Below are positions 15,960 through 25,222 of a stretch of DNA of 36,543 nt, in pieces. A model generated the notes under the pieces. It saw only the letters and a list, made by a program, of their open reading frames with translations. It did no database searches and had not been told where the DNA came from. Source of the DNA: a virus (taxonomy: Duplodnaviria > Caudoviricetes); IMG/VR virus record IMGVR_UViG_3300021412_000005, positions 1 through 36,543 of that record; one strand, 5' to 3'. Position numbers and translations under genes: made by a program. Within the stretch, counting starts at the first letter, position 1. Each line of letters starts with the position of its first letter.

Positions 15960-18278
15960 ATGGCCGGCCAGAAGCTGCCGTTCTTCGTGGTGATCGGCCC
16001 GAGCAACTGCAACGGGGCCGGGTCACTCCTGTCCGATGTGCCTGGCGCCGACCTGGCGCGCGTGATCGGCCTGCCGGCCTTCCCGAGCACCACGCCTGCG
16101 AGCGTGCAGGTTCCAGGCATCAAGCTGTGGCAGGCCAAGATGCCGTTCGCCGTCAGCGACGTGCGCAACATCACCGACGTGCCTTTGACCACGCAGATCG
16201 AGACCGATGGCGCCGCGTTCGGTGCCACCAACGTGGGCCAGTGGGTCTACATCGCGACCAACACGACCGGGCAGGGCAACCTCCGCCGCATCACGGCGCA
16301 AGCTGGCAACCTGCTCACTGTCGCCTCCGCTTGGTCGCCAACCCTCTCGGCCAACGGCACAGTGCGCCTCATCACGGGCTCGCGCAGTGTGGGCGCTCTG
16401 ATCCGAGTGAGCGGAACCTCGGACGCTGGCGGTTCTACATCGACCATGGTGGATGCGGCGCTCACCGAGGCCAACGACTTCTGGAACGGCAATCGGATCC
16501 AACTCACCAGCGGTCCAGACTCCGGGCAGATCCGAGAGATCATCGACTTCGATGCGGCTACCGACACCGTGATCTTCAGCCCTGCGGTCACGACCGCAAT
16601 CGGGGCCGGCATCACCTACGACATCATCCAGAGCACGAAGGTCGTCACCCAGGACACGACGAGCGTGGCGTTCGGTGCGCCAGACGTCGGCCGCTGGGTC
16701 AAGTTTGCCAGCGGCGAGTCGCGAAAGATCACGGCGTTGAACGGTCGCTCCATCACGCTCGACAACGCACTGCTGGCTCTGCCCGCCGTCAACACCGCGA
16801 TTTACGTGCTGGACGGTGCAGCCACTGCCGACACGCTGACCAACTTCGCTCAGAGTGCAGCGTGGAAGGACCTCCAGTTCTTCCTCGACGTGGCCCCGGT
16901 GTTCTTCACCGGTTTCGACTACTGCAACTACCGGCAGGCTGCTTCTTCGGGGCCGACTGGAACCTCGACTTCGACGTTGGTCAACGCCGTGCCCGAGCTG
17001 ATGACGCAGTTGCGGTATCGCTTCCCCGACCCGATCTACGGGTTCACCATCGGCATCGACAGCGCTCAGGCGGCACCGCAGTACATCGGGACCTCGGCGC
17101 AGATCGTCTACTTCTCGTGGATGCACGACGTCACGCATCTCGACTTCCACCCCTCCAACGCGACCGGGATCATGGGCGCGGTGCTTGCCGGCATCGCGTC
17201 GGCGCAGGCCCTCGCCATCGCGCAAGGCGACACGCTCGATCCGCAGGGCATCTTCTTCATTGGGCTGCTGGAGAACGACACGCTCGACGTGCAGAAGCTG
17301 GCGCACCTAGGCGAGAACGTGGGGTTGATCCGCGACAAGGTGCGCACCGCGCTCGGCAACCAGCGGGTGCCGTGCGTCATCCTCGGGTGCAGCCCGAGTT
17401 CGGTCACGCTGCCCAACCACGACGAGGACGCCGACCGAGACAGCGCCAACGAGCAGGCGTTGCAACTGAAGCTGGACGATCCTTGGACCGGATTCATCCC
17501 GACGCCGCAGGATGCGTTCATCAAGCACGGCGACCAGATCCACTACCTCGCACCCGGTCAGATCGCGATCGCGCAGGCTGCCGCAACCGAGTGGAACGCG
17601 ATCAAGGAACGAGCCAACAGCGCATCTCGCCTGCTGGCGGAACTGCCGACGCTCAGCGCGATCCGCACCAAGGTGCGACGCCGCTACGAGCGCAGTGCGA
17701 CTGGCAGCGATGCCACCGCGCCGCAGATCGACATGTTCATCAACGACAGCATTCGCGAGATCCACAACACGCTTGGCGACACCGCGTGGTTCTTGCGCAG
17801 GGCTGAGGAGATCACGCTCTCCCAGTCGTTCCCTGGGACCATCGACCTGCCGAGGGTGTGCAAGCGCATCCTGCGTATCGAGCGGACCGCCTACCCCGGC
17901 CATGCGTTGACCTACAAGGGCATCAGCTACACCGATTCCGGTCGCGTGCAGATCACGCTGCACGACTACAGCGGCGGGCCGTTCATCGTGCACTACCTCG
18001 CCCAGTGGACCGACCTGGTCAACGACACCGACGCGACGCTAGTGCCGATCGACCACATGGAGCTGATCGTGATGTTGACCTGCAAGCGCCTCACCGAGTG
18101 CGCAGGCAACGCGCCGATGGCTGGCTACTACGCCGCCGAGTCGGAGCGGCTGTGGCGGACGCTGAAGAAGGAGAACCTGCGCTACGACCGCATGCGGCAA
18201 GGCCAACTCGAAGCGCTCGGCGCCATGGACAGTTGGAGCAACCGACCGTGGCCGGGCGGCGATGAGTGGGGGCTCTGA
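15960..18278 (+). CDS. SGNH/sialate-O-acetylesterase-like domain plus beta modules fused to a head-tail adaptor-like domain
   Basis: GPSNCNG, LLEND and DQIHY; C-terminal ~210 aa LSAIRTKVRRR...MFINDSIREI...IDLP resembles podovirus adaptors and sits in the adaptor position. Confidence 0.7.
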   Translation: MAGQKLPFFVVIGPSNCNGAGSLLSDVPGADLARVIGLPAFPSTTPASVQVPGIKLWQAKMPFAVSDVRNITDVPLTTQIETDGAAFGATNVGQWVYIATNTTGQGNLRRITAQAGNLLTVASAWSPTLSANGTVRLITGSRSVGALIRVSGTSDAGGSTSTMVDAALTEANDFWNGNRIQLTSGPDSGQIREIIDFDAATDTVIFSPAVTTAIGAGITYDIIQSTKVVTQDTTSVAFGAPDVGRWVKFASGESRKITALNGRSITLDNALLALPAVNTAIYVLDGAATADTLTNFAQSAAWKDLQFFLDVAPVFFTGFDYCNYRQAASSGPTGTSTSTLVNAVPELMTQLRYRFPDPIYGFTIGIDSAQAAPQYIGTSAQIVYFSWMHDVTHLDFHPSNATGIMGAVLAGIASAQALAIAQGDTLDPQGIFFIGLLENDTLDVQKLAHLGENVGLIRDKVRTALGNQRVPCVILGCSPSSVTLPNHDEDADRDSANEQALQLKLDDPWTGFIPTPQDAFIKHGDQIHYLAPGQIAIAQAAATEWNAIKERANSASRLLAELPTLSAIRTKVRRRYERSATGSDATAPQIDMFINDSIREIHNTLGDTAWFLRRAEEITLSQSFPGTIDLPRVCKRILRIERTAYPGHALTYKGISYTDSGRVQITLHDYSGGPFIVHYLAQWTDLVNDTDATLVPIDHMELIVMLTCKRLTECAGNAPMAGYYAAESERLWRTLKKENLRYDRMRQGQLEALGAMDSWSNRPWPGGDEWGL

Positions 18279-21200
18279 TGCCGCAAGTAGGCGCAGTTCC
18301 GATCTCGTTGCGTGGTGATGGGCCGTGGCAGGGGCTCACGACCTTGTCCAAGGCTGCACCCTTTCAGTTCCTGGAACTGGAGAACTGCTACGTCAGCAAG
18401 GACGGCAGCGAGCTGCGCACGTTCCCTGGCTGGAAGTGCGTGATCGACCCGGCGTCGTCGGTGCGAACGCTTGGGGCGTTTCCAACCGGCAACATCTTCG
18501 GCTACGTCCGCAGCCACATCATGGCTCGGCGCGGCTTTCTGACGGCTGGGCCGCCCTACCAGATCGAGAAGGCCCCGACCGAAGTGCAGTACGTGTGGAC
18601 GCGCCTGACCACGCTTCACTTCGCCGAGATGTTGAACAGCCGCTGGGTGCTCGGTGGCGAGAGCGACCTGGTGCGCGAGGAAATCTTCAACGACACCTCG
18701 ACCGGCACGGTCTACATCACGAGCTACGACGACAACGCTGGCCTTGGCACCAAGATCGACCTGACGCTCAACGCGAACTTCCTCGGCACCGCCAACCTGT
18801 TCAACTCGTTGCAGATCGGTGACCGCGTCACGATCGAAGGTGCCACGGGGGTCTCTGCGGCGCTGCTCAATGGCCTTGGCCATGTCGTCGATTCGTTCCC
18901 AGCGGCCAACGTCGTTCGCATCAACACCAACCCGGGCGGCGTGATCGCAGCCCAGACCGGGCAGACGGCGTCGATTGATCGCGTCACCAATCCTGGCGTC
19001 GCGGGCGGTCCAGGCAACCCCACGAGCGACGACAAGGAGTCGCTGACTATCTGGACCAGCCTGGAGCGCGGCAGCGTCGATACGGCGGTCTCCACGATCG
19101 TGCACCCGGCGCATGTCGCCAACCGCCAGCGCGACTTCGGCGACGCTGCTGGACCTTTTGCTGGGGCTTTGAAGCAGGGCAATGCCAACGCCGCGACGCC
19201 GAACGGTGGGCGTTCGCGCCGCCGGCAGAAGTCGATCCCGTATCGCCTCGTGCCGCACGTTGCCGGCAACCGCCTCGTGCTGGTCGCGCCCGGCTACGGT
19301 TGCGTGTTCCAGGCGCCGGGAGTGATCCCGCCGAACTTCGACGAGGTCTCCTCGCAGTACGGCATCAACGCGATCGGCAATGACATCTACGACATGCCGC
19401 GCTGCCTCGGGCTGCCGAAGGCTGTGATGTGGGAGGACCCTGACAAGACCCAGGCGACTTCGATTCACATTCGCGTCGAGGCTGGACCTGCTTCGTCGGA
19501 GCACTGGGGCGGGTCCGACGCAACGGTCAGTGGGCGCAACGCAACCTACAAGTTCAAAATTGCGTATCGCGACGAGGCTACTGGCGAGATTGGTCTGTGC
19601 AGCGAGCCGATTTCGTTGACGACCGGGACGGCGACTCCATTCGAGGGCATCAATCTCTTCATCTACTTCCCCGGCTACCTGATGCACGAGTCGCTGGCGC
19701 TGACGATCGTGCTGTATCGCACAGAGGCCAACGGCAACGAGTTCTACTTCGACCGCATCATCAGACCCCAGGCTCTCACGTCTGGCATCACGCAAAACCT
19801 TGTGTCGTCCAAGTACGGTTTGCAGCCGGAAGGGGCATCGACTGAGTACTTCTACCATGCCTTCCTCCAGCCCGCCTACTCGACGGACGCCGTGCTGAAA
19901 ACACGTCTCGGGCTGGTGCCGCAGACGATCGAGCAGATGCCGATGGGCGCCAAGGCGTCGCGCACGATCCGTGGCTGGACGATCTTCGGCGGCGCGCTCG
20001 GCAACGCTGGCTCGCGCAAGGAACTGATGAAGGGCACGCTGTCGCTGTTCTACGACGGCGCCGGCACCCCTCCCAATCTCGACGCGATCAACTTCAACCC
20101 GGACCGCGTCGGCAGCGCCTTCGTCAACGACTTCACCACCCCGGTCGCTGCGGCCTCTTTCGAGGGCGTCGAGACCGACTTCGGCTGTGCGGCGAAGCAC
20201 GTCCCGCCGGCCTACGCTGGGCAAGTGGTGGTCAGCAAGACGCTGCTGCCCTACCCGCGCAAGGCGATCGTGCTGAACAAGCTGGAGAACACGGACATCG
20301 GTTGGCCTGGGGCGGTCCCAAACACGAACAGCGGGCGCGTGCCAGACGTGCGCTACTCGACTCTCGACACGCCGGTCTTCCCGGACATCGCCTTGCTGGA
20401 CCCAGAGACGCGCATCCAGGACTCCTACATCCTGCTGCCGCGCTCGCGCCTCCAGATCAGCGAACCGGACAACCCAGGCGTCACCCCAGCGACCAGCACC
20501 ACAGTGCTCGCCAACGAGTATGACCACGACATCGAGGCGATCGGCGACGCCAGCGGTCAGGCAATCGTGTGCACGCGCGAGCGCACCTACAGCATCGCAT
20601 TCTCGCAGTCTCCGGTCGGGATTCCTCCCGACATCGTGGGCGACAAGTTCGGCTGCATCGCGGCGAACTCCATGGTCTCCTTCGACGGCGGCTGCGCCTG
20701 GATGAGCCAACGCGGCCCCGTGCTGATGGGCAGCGACTTCATCGGCGCACCGCTGGAGAATCTGTTCGTTGGCGAGACCGCCCGCTACCTCACGCAGAGC
20801 GACGGCATGATGCGGCACTCCTGGGCTTGCCACGACGCCGAGCGCGGGCTGCTCTACTTCGGCGTCTACGCTGGCCGCGCTGGCACCACTGGCGCTGCTG
20901 CCCTGACCGTCAACTACCGCGGCACCAGCTACAACTGGGACGCAGCGGCTGCGGTGCTGGAGAACGGTGTCCCGGTCGCGGACCAGATCCGCTCCAGGTT
21001 CCCGTGCGACGAGATCCTGGTCTACAGCTACGGCCCCGGCGTCTGGTCGGTGTGGCGCCCGCCGCTCAACTTCGGCATTAAAGGGATGCCGCGAGGGGTT
21101 GACGCCGAGGGCAACTCCCGCGTCTTCATCCTCGACAGTGAGAACCGCCTCGATGTGCTGGACGACCTCTACGGCAACGGTGACAAGGAATGCTTCCAGC

Positions 21201-21793
21201 AACTCGTCGTCGACACCGGAACCCTCGCCACCCTCACCATCACGCCGACCGGCGTGCGCACCTGGATCGGGCTCGAAGTTCTGGTCTACAGTACTCCAAC
21301 AGCTACGGCGAAAGCAGCGCTGCGCGGTCGCGCAACGGTCGTCTCGCAGACCGCGAACAGCATCACGCTGTCGAGCGCCATCGCCGTGACGGCGGGCGAC
21401 ACGATCATCGTCGGGGCCAGGGTGATGACGGTGAACACCACGTTCTTCAACCTCAAGGCCGACGCGACGACGCGGCTGTCGTCGATCGGGCTGCGCTACG
21501 TGCTCGCCAGCCGGCACAGCGAGGGCTTGACCAGCACCAAGCAGCATGCGTTCGTGACCGCCTCGGCCCGCACCGAGCAGGATCTCGAAGGCATCCCGGC
21601 GACGAGCACCAAGCCGTTCACGAGCGACTCACCGGCCAACTACCGCAACATCGGCATCGACCTGCCTGACGATGCCGTGCACGATGTGCCGCTGGCCCAG
21701 GGCGGCAGCAGCGGTGCCAACCATCAGGTGCGGCTCACCATCGTGGGTGGCGCCCAGATCAAGCTCCAGAACCTCTACGCCGGTGTCCAATGA
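18278..21793 (+). CDS. Tail stabilisation / tail tubular protein B (P22 gp10 or T7 gp12-like)
   Basis: About 1170 aa beta-rich; LENCYV near N-terminus, LQISEP, FGCIAANS..., WMSQRG; TGATG-coupled to the adaptor gene. Confidence 0.8.
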   Translation: MPQVGAVPISLRGDGPWQGLTTLSKAAPFQFLELENCYVSKDGSELRTFPGWKCVIDPASSVRTLGAFPTGNIFGYVRSHIMARRGFLTAGPPYQIEKAPTEVQYVWTRLTTLHFAEMLNSRWVLGGESDLVREEIFNDTSTGTVYITSYDDNAGLGTKIDLTLNANFLGTANLFNSLQIGDRVTIEGATGVSAALLNGLGHVVDSFPAANVVRINTNPGGVIAAQTGQTASIDRVTNPGVAGGPGNPTSDDKESLTIWTSLERGSVDTAVSTIVHPAHVANRQRDFGDAAGPFAGALKQGNANAATPNGGRSRRRQKSIPYRLVPHVAGNRLVLVAPGYGCVFQAPGVIPPNFDEVSSQYGINAIGNDIYDMPRCLGLPKAVMWEDPDKTQATSIHIRVEAGPASSEHWGGSDATVSGRNATYKFKIAYRDEATGEIGLCSEPISLTTGTATPFEGINLFIYFPGYLMHESLALTIVLYRTEANGNEFYFDRIIRPQALTSGITQNLVSSKYGLQPEGASTEYFYHAFLQPAYSTDAVLKTRLGLVPQTIEQMPMGAKASRTIRGWTIFGGALGNAGSRKELMKGTLSLFYDGAGTPPNLDAINFNPDRVGSAFVNDFTTPVAAASFEGVETDFGCAAKHVPPAYAGQVVVSKTLLPYPRKAIVLNKLENTDIGWPGAVPNTNSGRVPDVRYSTLDTPVFPDIALLDPETRIQDSYILLPRSRLQISEPDNPGVTPATSTTVLANEYDHDIEAIGDASGQAIVCTRERTYSIAFSQSPVGIPPDIVGDKFGCIAANSMVSFDGGCAWMSQRGPVLMGSDFIGAPLENLFVGETARYLTQSDGMMRHSWACHDAERGLLYFGVYAGRAGTTGAAALTVNYRGTSYNWDAAAAVLENGVPVADQIRSRFPCDEILVYSYGPGVWSVWRPPLNFGIKGMPRGVDAEGNSRVFILDSENRLDVLDDLYGNGDKECFQQLVVDTGTLATLTITPTGVRTWIGLEVLVYSTPTATAKAALRGRATVVSQTANSITLSSAIAVTAGDTIIVGARVMTVNTTFFNLKADATTRLSSIGLRYVLASRHSEGLTSTKQHAFVTASARTEQDLEGIPATSTKPFTSDSPANYRNIGIDLPDDAVHDVPLAQGGSSGANHQVRLTIVGGAQIKLQNLYAGVQ

Positions 21794-21900
21794 ACGAGAT
21801 CGACCTGATTCCCGACCCGAAGGACGAGCATGTCTACCAGAACATGATCCGCCTCCAGGAGTGGCTGAACAACCTCGTGGTCGACAACGGACTGGTGTGA
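21790..21900 (+). CDS. 36-aa small protein (absent from ORF track)
   Basis: MNEIDLIPDPKDEHVYQNMIRLQEWLNNLVVDNGLV; ATGA-coupled and fills the gap exactly. Confidence 0.65.
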   Translation: MNEIDLIPDPKDEHVYQNMIRLQEWLNNLVVDNGLV

Positions 21901-21901
21901 C

Positions 21902-23071
21902 TTGGCCAAGACACTGAACCTCCCGATCCAGTTCAAGCGCGGCACGGCTGCGCGCTGGCTGTTCGTCGACCCGGTGCTGGATGACGGGCAGCCTGGGTTC
22001 GAGCTGGACACCGGGCAGATGAAGGTCGGGGACGGCGTGCGCAAGTGGTCGCTGCTGCCGTACGTCGGAGTGGCTGGCGGCACACCTCCTACCGGCACCG
22101 GGTTCCTCCACGTCACCGCCGGGGTTGAAGACGCAGCGAGCAAGCTCGTCGACACCGCGGACATCAACGCCGATCAGGTGACGTTCGCCAAGATCCAGAA
22201 CGCCTCTGGCGAATCACTGCTCGTCGGTCGCGGTGCCGGCGGGGGTGTGGGCGACCTGCAAGAGATCGCACTCGGCACCAACCTTTCGATGAGCGGCGCG
22301 ACTCTCAACGCGAGTGGCGGCGGCGCCCCGACGACAGCCGAGTATCTGGTCGGCGTGGCCGATGCTGGGCTGTCAGCAGAACGGGTCGTTACGAACACGG
22401 CCACGATTACTTGGGACATTGCCACGGCAGGACAAGCCAAGGCGAACGTCGCGAGCGTTCCGGCTCACGAGCACGTCGCTGCCGACGTCACGGACATGGG
22501 CGACTTGGCCTTGATCGATCTCTCGGGAGACGCGACCGAGGTTCTGCGTGGTGACGGCGTCTTCGCGCAGATTTCAGGCCTGCCGACCACGAAGCACCTC
22601 AACACCCAGCACGACATCGCCTCGGCGACCGGAACCGAGGTCACCGACCTGAGCGCGACACTCGTGGCGGGTACCTACGTCTTCACCTACTACCTCATCA
22701 CGCAGGCGGCCAACACGACGGTCGGCCTCGCGCTCGGGATCAACTACACCGGCACGGTCACGCGCATGGCAGCGTTCATGCGTTACGCGGACACCGGCAC
22801 GTCGGCGACGACTGGCGTTGCCGACAGCGCGACGGCTGGCATCGCCGAGGAAATCCAGGGTGTCTTCGCGACGATCACCCGTAGCACAACGGCGTGCAAC
22901 CTCGGCCCGCTGACGAACCACGACGCTGCGACCACGAACACGCTCATCATCGTCGAGGGCATCATGGTCGTCAGCGACGCGGGCGACCTGGAACTGTGGC
23001 ACAACAGCGACGCAGCGAACAACACATCTATCATGGACGGCAGCTCTTTGGTGCTGACCAGAACAGCCTGA
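21902..23071 (+). CDS. Tail fibre/spike with Mtd_N/hyaluronidase-type N-terminal anchor
   Basis: IQFKRGTAARW..DPVL..G.PGFELDTGQMKVGDG...W..LPY; TTG start. Confidence 0.82.
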   Translation: MAKTLNLPIQFKRGTAARWLFVDPVLDDGQPGFELDTGQMKVGDGVRKWSLLPYVGVAGGTPPTGTGFLHVTAGVEDAASKLVDTADINADQVTFAKIQNASGESLLVGRGAGGGVGDLQEIALGTNLSMSGATLNASGGGAPTTAEYLVGVADAGLSAERVVTNTATITWDIATAGQAKANVASVPAHEHVAADVTDMGDLALIDLSGDATEVLRGDGVFAQISGLPTTKHLNTQHDIASATGTEVTDLSATLVAGTYVFTYYLITQAANTTVGLALGINYTGTVTRMAAFMRYADTGTSATTGVADSATAGIAEEIQGVFATITRSTTACNLGPLTNHDAATTNTLIIVEGIMVVSDAGDLELWHNSDAANNTSIMDGSSLVLTRTA

Positions 23072-23075
23072 ACCC

Positions 23076-23636
23076 ATGATGATCTTCGCAGAACCAGCGA
23101 CCTTCCCCTGGGAACTGATCGGCGGCGGCGGCGCAGCGATCGCGGTGATCGCCGCCGTGGCCATCATGCAGCGCGCCCACGGCGAAACGATGCGGGCCGT
23201 GACTGCCGCTTTCAGTGCCACGGTCCAGGATGCGACGGCGAAGAACCAACAGAACGTCGAGGCATTCAGCAAGACCGCCGCCGATCTCTCGGAAGTGAAT
23301 GCGACTCTGGTGCGGGAGGCGCGAGCCTCGCACGAGAAGTGTGAGGAGACGGTTCACCAGATCCTCAAGGACGTCTCGCTACTGGTCGCCGCGCTCGCCG
23401 CTGCGTTCGTGACGGTCTATTCTGGAATCAAGCGAGTCGAGCGTGGGCAGGGCGTCATCCAGAAAGACGTGAACTCCAACATGACCTACGCCCTGCGGGA
23501 GATCGGGCGACTGAACGAGCAGCTTGCGCTGTTGACTGGAACGGTGGCCGACCGGATCAAGGCCGACGCGGCGCACGCCAGGACCATGCGGTCAGAAGAA
23601 CTCGGCGACGACCTCGCCAAAGGAAGGCAGCCATGA
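23076..23636 (+). CDS. Membrane protein, holin candidate
   Basis: Two hydrophobic helices (LIGGGGAAIAVIAAVAIM; LLVAALAAAFVTVY), each followed by coiled coil. Confidence 0.55.
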   Translation: MMIFAEPATFPWELIGGGGAAIAVIAAVAIMQRAHGETMRAVTAAFSATVQDATAKNQQNVEAFSKTAADLSEVNATLVREARASHEKCEETVHQILKDVSLLVAALAAAFVTVYSGIKRVERGQGVIQKDVNSNMTYALREIGRLNEQLALLTGTVADRIKADAAHARTMRSEELGDDLAKGRQP

Positions 23637-23968
23637 AACGACTCTCTCTCTACGTGCTCTGTCTCTGCATCGCGGTGCTGCCAGGCTGCGGGGCGATGAT
23701 GACTCCGCAGCAGCACGACGCCGCATGGACGTCGATCGACACTTCGTATCGGAACGGCCAGATCACCCGCAAGCAGCGCGACGCGGCGCGGGAGGCGCTC
23801 GACACCGCCAACGATGTTGGCGACTGGGCCTCGCTGATCTACATGGGTGGTGCGGTCCTGGCCTCGGTGCTGACCGGCGTGCCGATCGCGGTGGGCGTTG
23901 TGCAGCGCAAGCGCGGTCCGGTGGCGACGCCGGATGAACGGGTGCGGCGAGCGGCGGCTAAGGTGTAG
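23633..23968 (+). CDS. Lipoprotein with C-terminal hydrophobic helix (spanin-like candidate)
   Basis: MKR + hydrophobic stretch + LPGC lipobox (Cys19); C-terminal LIYMGGAVLASVLTGVPIAVGVV followed by RKR. Confidence 0.6.
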   Translation: MKRLSLYVLCLCIAVLPGCGAMMTPQQHDAAWTSIDTSYRNGQITRKQRDAAREALDTANDVGDWASLIYMGGAVLASVLTGVPIAVGVVQRKRGPVATPDERVRRAAAKV

Positions 23969-23970
23969 CC

Positions 23971-25221
23971 ATGGGATTCTTCAGCAGCACGTTCGGTGGC
24001 GGTCCCGGCAACGCAGCGCGCGCGCGGCGAGCGCAAGAGATCGCCGACAGGCAGGCCCAGGAGGCTGCGACGCAGGACCCCTACGGCCCGAACGCGCCGC
24101 ATTGGGACGAGAACGGCTTTCCGGTCGGGCCGATGCCCAAGGGCAAGTATGCGCTCGACTACCAGTACGAGGCCAACCGCCGCTCCGAGGCTCGACGACG
24201 CACGCTGTGGGGTGATGCGCAGCAGTCGATGCGGCAGGGGCTCGACCTGTTCCAGAGCTACCGCCCAGGCGGGTCCGCGGCGGTGGCGAGCGGCATGTTC
24301 GGGCAGAAGGCGCAGCTCTACGGCACCGAGGCGCTCAACGTCGAGGCGCCCGACCTGCTGATCGACTACCGCGAGCAGATCCGAAAGCGGGCCGAGGAGA
24401 ACGCCAACAAGCTCAACCGCAACGCGCAGCTCATCACGGGGCTGTCGGCGTTCAACGTGCTCGGCGGCGGCACCGTGGCGGCGCTCCAGGGGCAGCCGGG
24501 CCAGCAAGATCCCAACGCCAACCGCAGCACCGCCAAGGGCGGCCAGGTCCCCGGCTCGATGCAGGGCGACCCAGGCTCCTCGATGTTCGGTGGCGGTCCC
24601 GGCCAACCAGGCGGCCAGGCGCCAGATGCTGGATACCGTCCAGGAGCTCTCGGGCCGGAGGGAGGTGGCCAGGGCACTCCCGGCAGCAACGTGCGCGGCA
24701 TGGACCAAGCCGGAGGTGCCACCGTCGATGGCAGCTACGGCTCAGGCGGCGGCGGCGGCCCTGGCGGCATGGGCGGCGGCGGCAGTCGCGTGCGCGGCGC
24801 TGGCGGCCCAGGCGGCGGCGGGGGAATGGCAGGCGCAGGCGAGCGGACCAGTGGACTCGCCACCTTCGATGGACCCGAGGTTGCTGGTGCGGCGATGGGG
24901 CAGGCTCCGGGTTCGCTCGACACCACGACCGAGCTGTGGGCGGACGATCCGAGCCGCGAGGAGAGCACGGCGCTGATGCAGTTCTCGGCTCGCGGCAGCA
25001 TGCTGTCGGCGATCGCGCTGGCGAGCAAGCCGCAGTACTCCGGCGCGGAATGGCAGAGGCGTCGATTCGGTGGCGATGAAGAAGTCTCTGGCATCCGCTT
25101 GGAGGATGCTGGAACCGATGCCTCTCCTGCGATGGGTGGGAGATCCAGAAAGCTCGCGAGCAAGCCGCAGTACTCAGGCGCGGAATGGCAAAGGCGACGC
25201 CTGAGCAACGAGGGTTACTAA
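23971..25221 (+). CDS. Gly-rich internal virion / DNA ejection protein
   Basis: MGFFSSTFGGG start, Gly/Gln-rich; first of three genes in the ejection-protein position. Confidence 0.7.
   Translation: MGFFSSTFGGGPGNAARARRAQEIADRQAQEAATQDPYGPNAPHWDENGFPVGPMPKGKYALDYQYEANRRSEARRRTLWGDAQQSMRQGLDLFQSYRPGGSAAVASGMFGQKAQLYGTEALNVEAPDLLIDYREQIRKRAEENANKLNRNAQLITGLSAFNVLGGGTVAALQGQPGQQDPNANRSTAKGGQVPGSMQGDPGSSMFGGGPGQPGGQAPDAGYRPGALGPEGGGQGTPGSNVRGMDQAGGATVDGSYGSGGGGGPGGMGGGGSRVRGAGGPGGGGGMAGAGERTSGLATFDGPEVAGAAMGQAPGSLDTTTELWADDPSREESTALMQFSARGSMLSAIALASKPQYSGAEWQRRRFGGDEEVSGIRLEDAGTDASPAMGGRSRKLASKPQYSGAEWQRRRLSNEGY
25018..25200 (+). repeat. 48-bp coding direct repeat (25018-25065 and 25153-25200)
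   Basis: Both copies encode LASKPQYSGAEWQRRR. Confidence 0.92.
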
Positions 25222-25222
25222 C

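Noticed and set aside
18182-21547. 1121-aa antisense ORF
   Set aside because: Shadow frame of the tail protein gene
21902-23071. Mtd-like DGR target
   Set aside because: Only the N-terminal anchor resembles Mtd; no C-type-lectin variable region or matching template repeat was seen
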